Assembly: GCF_009914755.1 (NCBI RefSeq)
Contig: NC_060930.1
Strand: one strand, 5' to 3'
From: the human T2T-CHM13v2.0 reference genome, Homo sapiens
DNA: 64,000 nucleotides
Each line of letters begins with the position of its first letter. The stretch's first letter is position 1. Positions 57,212 to 64,000 of the stretch are shown piece after piece. A model generated the notes under the pieces. That model ran no database searches. It was not told where the DNA came from and worked only from the letters and a program-made list of their open reading frames with translations. Both the position numbers and the translations under genes were made by a program.

Positions 57212-58760
57212 CTGAGGACACCTCAACCAGGGCTGCTTTGACTTGAGTATGCTTGTTTGGCCAGTTTTTATTGGTGGGGGTCTTTTCTATTTGTTCCCGG
57301 TGGGTATTTGGTAGAAGGAACAGGAAGAGAATGTGATATTCTTTCTCACACAGGGAGGCAGAGAGGGGAGGGATGGGACTGGGGAGGGGGAGGAGGAAGA
57401 GGAGGAGGAGAAAGAGGAGGAGGAGGGAGGGTGAAGTTACCCTGAGGCTCTGGCCTCAGCCTCCCTTCCCTCAGTCTAGCTATAATCTCTTCTTCCACTT
57501 TCTTGCCCCCACAGCTCTAAGCAGTGCCAGGGTACTCTTATAAATATTTTTTTCTCCCCCAAATTTGAGCCTGGAGAGTGTTTACTTCCTGTCAAATCCC
57601 AGGGACCTGCTGATTTTTCCCATTACTGCAAATTGCTGCTCTGGGTGCTTTGCATTTGTTATTAAGATGCAATCAGGGCTGCCTAGCTGATTACCAGCCT
57701 CACCTCAGCCCCAACCCTCACACCTGACTTAGGAGTGAACTGCAGTGTAAAACAGAATCCCAGTCTCTGGCTGCTGGGGACCGGCGAGGGCTTTCTGTTT
57801 TGTCAGGGGCACAGGGGCTCCGGTGGGCAGCTGGGGCAGAAGGAGCACCAGGAAGGAGCCAAGAGGTGCTGGGCTCCTCCACAGATCCTGAGATGCTGAA
57901 AAGCAACTTCGTGTTTCTCAAGTTCCTGGGAATTGTGGTGGGTGTTGGGCCGTGTGACAGGCCTCTGGAATGATGACGGCTGATGGCTGTGGCGGCCTGC
58001 CCGAGCCAGGCCTTCCACACGAATAAGCGCAGAGTGTCTCTTAAGGCTAAATGGCAGGATGATGCGCCCATGGGTGATGGCCTGCCTGGAATCATGTGTC
58101 AATCAGCATGCTCCCAAACAGCTACAAGCTCTGCCACAGACACAGCCCCCATCTCTGCCTTCCACCTGAGGACCCCTCCTCCTCTGCCCACCCTTGTCAA
58201 ATCCACCCAGCCCCTTCTTTGGTTATGTTCATGACTGCAGCCAGCAAAATGCACACAAGCACGTGAGCACACACTTCCAGCGGCTTCTGAGCACACAAAA
58301 AAACCAACTCCCGGGCCAGAGCTCGCTTTCTTTAGGCCATCTGTGACCCTAACTCCTCTCTCCTCTTGCTTGCTTTGTTAAAAAGTGTCTCCATTTTTAT
58401 TAAACAAGTGTCTTAGCTCTTGCCTTCCCTGAAGGTTCATTGTTGCATGAAAAAAAGAACAGATCCCCTGAAGATCACAAACACAGAAATTGTATTGAAT
58501 CACTGAGAAGGGAAAGGGTGAGAGAATCGGAGGAGAAGCTGCAGCAACACAGCTGTCACAAATTCAAGCAAAAGCATCAAAACCTGATAACGAGAGAGAC
58601 AAGCTAGAGCTCTTTGTGTGCCCCTCCACGGACATCTTTTTAAAATCCAAGTCAGATCTACGTGGGGAAGCTTGCAGCAGTGTGATGCTTGTCCTGTGTC
58701 ACCTGATTTTTATTAGATCTACTGAATGTGTTGATGGAAGAAAAAATAGAGCGTAGAGAG
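57212..58760 (-). other. Repeat-free block: candidate upstream promoter, alternative first exon or enhancer
   Basis: ~1.5 kb with no recognisable interspersed repeat, mild CpG retention, CACGTG at 58260-58265, several minus-strand donors (57724, 57704, 57212). Confidence 0.3.
57352..57432. repeat. GGA/G-rich purine tract
   Basis: gggaggcagagaggggagggatgggactggggagggggaggaggaagaggaggaggagaaagaggaggaggagggaggg. Confidence 0.85.
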
Positions 58761-59559
58761 GAAAGGGAGAGAACTAAAGGAGGTGGGATTTTTGTAGCAC
58801 TGAAAGTGCCCAGACTTGAAAAGAGACAGGCAATCCTGAGTTCAAACCCTGCCTATTCCACTTACTGCCTCTGTTACTTGAGCCTGTTTTTCCCATTCTG
58901 AATAGAGATAATGAATCTGTATCATAGGATTATTACAAGGAGGACACAAGGAAGAATAAACACAGTATGTAAAATTTGCTTGCTTTTTCTGTTATTTGGA
59001 GAAGAAGATGGTTAAGGCAAGAATTTTTTTAAAATAAAATTATTTTTGGCATCATTTAAAGACCAAGATGAGACTCTACTCAGGATCAAAAGGGATTATG
59101 GTGCCCTATCCTCCCATGGAGAAAAACATACAGTTATTAAACTCCAAATTTGCATTATTCTGCTCTCCTTACTAATTCTACTTTTTTTTTTTTTTTCCTG
59201 GTATGCCACTTAGATAGCCTGAAGCTGACAAACACAAAGCCTAGACCCGGGGTCCTCCCCAGTTGCTCAGGGAGTCTTCTTTCTGGGCCCAAGTTTAAAG
59301 GCAAGTTGCATTGTGGGGCTCACACAAGAAAGAACAGAACTGTCTTTAGCACAAAGAGGCATCCCAGAGTGTGTTTAGGGAGAAACATAAAGGGTTGACC
59401 TGGGTGAAGCCCATGACAGAAACCTTGTGAAAGAACTTCCCAAGGAGGCACATGCTAAGGTGGGCTGTGAGCATGCCAACAGGTGTGTTCCCTTGGGGCA
59501 GCTGGGGCCTCTGAGCCTTTTCTAGGCTGTGAGGTGTCCAGGGAAGGCCTAACATATGT

Positions 59560-62500
59560 GGAATTGGAGTCCCTGACTGTCATTAGAATCCCAGAAGCAA
59601 AGAAGAGAAGGAGAATGAAACAGAAGCAAAGTTTGAAGCGATAATACCCAAAGTTTCCCTGAACAGAAAAACAATATCCAGACACAGATTCTAGAAGCTT
59701 AATAAACACTGATAAGGTAAACATAAGACAAATGCATCTAGATATCTCATGGTCTTCTATATGACTGCTAAAAATGAAAGACAGAAAAAAATCTTAAGAG
59801 TAATCAGATTTTAAAAAGGACATTACTTTCAAAGGAGCAACACTAACACTGAACTTCTCAAAAGAACCGATGGAAGTCAGAAGATGATAAAATGATGTGT
59901 TTAAAATTCCAGAATCATAGTGGGAGGTTTTAACAGTATAAGTAAATGATAAACAAGCAGTCAAAAAGTCAGGAGGGCTATAGAATGCCTGAACAACAGG
60001 CCTAGCAAGTTGAATTATTATAATACATAGGAGACTCACCAAACAAGTACAGAACATGCCTTCTTTTTAAGTACACATGAATCGTTTTCCAAATTGATTA
60101 TGTGCTGGACCATAAAGTAGTATCAACAAACTGTAAGCTATTAAAATCATAGTCTTTGACTACAGTGAAATTGAACTAGAAATTAATCATAAAAATGAAT
60201 GAAATGATGATAAAATATGGCCTATTAAAATATGTGCTTAAAGGAAGGGCACAGCCTCAAATGTTAGAAAAGAAAAAAGGCTGAAAATAATGATGTGAAT
60301 ATTCATACGAAGAATTTGGGAAAATAAAACACAATTAAACCCTAATATAGTAGAAATAGGAATTTAATGAAATAGATGACAAATGTATAACAGAGAAAAT
60401 CAACAAAATTAAAAGTTGTTTTTTTGAAAGGACTAATAAAATGTATTACCCCCTAGTAAGACTATGTATTAAATATTTGTGTGTGTAGCGTGGGGACCAC
60501 ACATAAATTATCACATTAGGGATGAAAAAAGGGACATTATTCCAGAATCTCCTTACATTAAAAAAGTGAGAAGATATTTTCAATAACTTCATGCCAATAC
60601 ATTTCATAATTTATAAAAATAGATCTTATCAAAATTAATACAGAGAGAAACAGGAATTTTGAATAGCTCAATAGCTATTAAAATTGAATTCATTATTAAA
60701 AACCTTTCCCTAAAGATAACTCCAGACCCAGATGGTTTCACCAATAATTTTTTTCAAACTTTAATAAATAAATAACTGATTTTATACAGTTTTCAGAAAT
60801 AGGAAAACAAAAGACATTTTAAAATGTGTAAAGCCAAATATAGTTCAAAATAATGCAAGGAAATCACAAGACAGAAATTACAGGCTGATCTCTTCCATGA
60901 ATGTAAATTTTAATTATTTTTCAAAATATTAGCAAATCAAACCTGTGATTTATAAAAGGTACAAATTACAACCAATCTGAGTTAATTCCAGAGATACAGG
61001 ATTGGCTTAATAATCAAAAGACAGCAATTGTAATTTATCACATTAATAGAATGAAGGAGAAAAACCATGTGTCTATATCAAAAGATGTAGAAAAAGCATT
61101 TGATAAAATTCAATATACATTTCTGATAAAATCTTTACTTATCAAAATGAAAATAACATTTCCTTAATCTGACAAAAAGCATCTGTTTAAAAAGATCTAC
61201 TGCGATCACCATGCTTAAAGGTAAAATACAGAAGCCATCCCTTGAGATTAGAAATTAGTCAAGATTCCTGGATAACGTTTCTTCAACGTTGTCCTAAAGT
61301 ACAGCAAGAAAAAAAAAACTCTGAAGTCTCAAAAGGAAGGTACAATACTATCAGTATCTGTAAATGGCATGAATGTGTGCTTAGAAAGAGACAAAATAAT
61401 TTATAGCAAAACTGTTAGAATCGTTAAGTAAATTCAGCAAAGTCACTGAATACAATGTTGATATACAAAAATAAATTGTATTCCTATATATTAACAACAA
61501 TTGAAAAGAAAATAAAATCATACCATTTATAATAGGATCCCCAAATAGCAAATGCCTAGAATAAATCTAATGAAAAACCTGCAGGAAAGCATTATGAAAG
61601 AAATTACAGAAGGTCAAATAAAGAAGGAATAGACTATGTTCATGGATTAGAGATTCAATATTATAATAAAGCCAACTGATCTAAGTATTAAGAATTTAGG
61701 ATACCTTGTTTGTTTTTTGCTTTTTTTCCTTTTGGGAAAAGTGACAGGCTGATTATAAAATGTGTATGAAAATGTAAGAATAATAACTACATTCTCCTTG
61801 AATAGGAAAATAAAATTAGATGGCTTATAATATTAAGAGAGATTATAATGCTACAGTAATTAAGAGAACATAGTATTCATGTAAAATATAAATATGAAGC
61901 AAAGTATCAGAAGAAATTATTAAAAATAGACCCATTCATATAAAGTTATTTGATTTATGCCAAAGTTAACATAGCAGTGCATTTTTTAAAAAATGACCTT
62001 TTTCCTAATAGTCTGAATCAGTGAAATATACGTATGAAAAAAATATTGATTCCTATCTTACATCATATCTTAAAAAATTAGTTCCAGGAAAATTACAAAT
62101 ATAAATATGAAAGCTGAAACAATTCAAACTCTAGTTTAATAATAGGGCTCTTTCATAACATTAAAGTGAAAAATTGTTTATTAAGCAGGGCACACACAAA
62201 AGGATAATAACTATAAAATAGGTGATTAATAAGTTTTACTACATAAAAAATAAGAATGTCTATTCACAAAAATGTCTCTTAATAGAGACTGAAAGTCAAG
62301 CCTGACAGTAGGAAAAAGATATTGGCAATACATCTCTCTGAGGAAAGTCTCCTATCTAGAGTAGATAAAGATATCCTATTAATCAATAAGAAAAAGATGA
62401 CTCAATAGATAAATGTGCAAAAATCCTTGTTGAGCACCTCTGAAAGAAGACATCCAAGTGGCTAATATGCATGTGGAAAGGTGTTAAATCTCATTAGTCT

Positions 62501-62783
62501 TCAGGGAAATGAAAATTTAAGCCATAATGTAACAACAACACTACATATCCACCACAATGGCTAAAATTAAAAAGATCAACAACACTCAGTGTTGGTGAAG
62601 ATGTGAGGTCCAGCTGAAATTCTCATATCCTGACTATGTGCTGTGGTGTTATACAGTATGAATTGAAAAACAACACCTTGAAAAACTATGTGATGGGATC
62701 TACTACAAAAACTATATGGTGGTATCTACTTCATTGTGGTATATGAACATACATATACCACAAGACTCAGCAATTCCACTCCT
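59560..62783 (+). mobile_element. Long, highly degenerate L1M/L1ME (late ORF1 to ORF2 remnants)
   Basis: 'ctccagacccagatggtttcacc', 'agatgtagaaaaagcatttgataaaattcaa', 'ctatgttcatggattagag', 'tcattagtcttcagggaaatgaaaat', 'gactcagcaattccactcct'. Confidence 0.85.
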
Positions 62784-62882
62784 GCTGTTTGCTGGGCAGC
62801 CATCTCTCACCCACATCTTTAAGGTCTGCCCTCTTACTGATGTCCAGTGCTTTTGAGGGCCCAAGGCAGTGCCTCACTGTGG

Positions 62883-63718
<836 letters not shown>

Positions 63719-64000
63719 GTGGCCATTCTCTGCCCAGGGTGCTAACTATGGAAGCCCTTCTGGTGACCAAATGGTACTGCAGTTTCTCCTATCTCAACTG
63801 GACCTGAGCCACACTGAGCTCCTCACAGACACAGGGCGCAGTTGTGTGCTGTATTTCATGACAGAAGTCTAAAGCAGTTTTGCTTGTGCCCCCATTCACA
63901 CAAAACCCCTTGGATTTTCAACTACTCCTGCCTGCTGGCACTCTCTCCACAGACAAAGCCTAGTCCATGGGTTCTGATCAGGAAACAGACCCCATGCTGT

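Overview
This is primate (almost certainly human) genomic DNA: about 14 Alu elements, many MIR/L2 fragments, old L1s, MaLR/ERV1/ERVL solo LTRs and hAT/Tigger MITEs in a CpG-depleted background. I cannot support any complete protein-coding gene and cannot name the host gene. The main non-repeat feature is a CpG island (~9.27-10.44 kb). It carries a compact GC-box/E-box/RFX-half-site/CCAAT module, a consensus CTCF site and a strong minus-strand 5' splice site (GAG|GTAAGG at 9621/9620), so a leftward transcript starts here. Two candidate internal exons of that transcript lie at ~1.06-1.83 kb: one uses a MIR-derived acceptor, the other sits just upstream of a long UG tract. A repeat-free block at ~57.2-58.8 kb looks like a possible upstream alternative first exon or promoter. 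A recursive-splice-like motif (polyY-TAG|GTAAGT) lies on the same strand at 10.72 kb. No prokaryote-type system, CRISPR array or RNA gene is present, and I found no convincing novel biological system. The findings are splicing, regulatory and transposon-history hypotheses. Repeat subfamily names come from recalled consensus sequences, and boundaries of old repeats are approximate.
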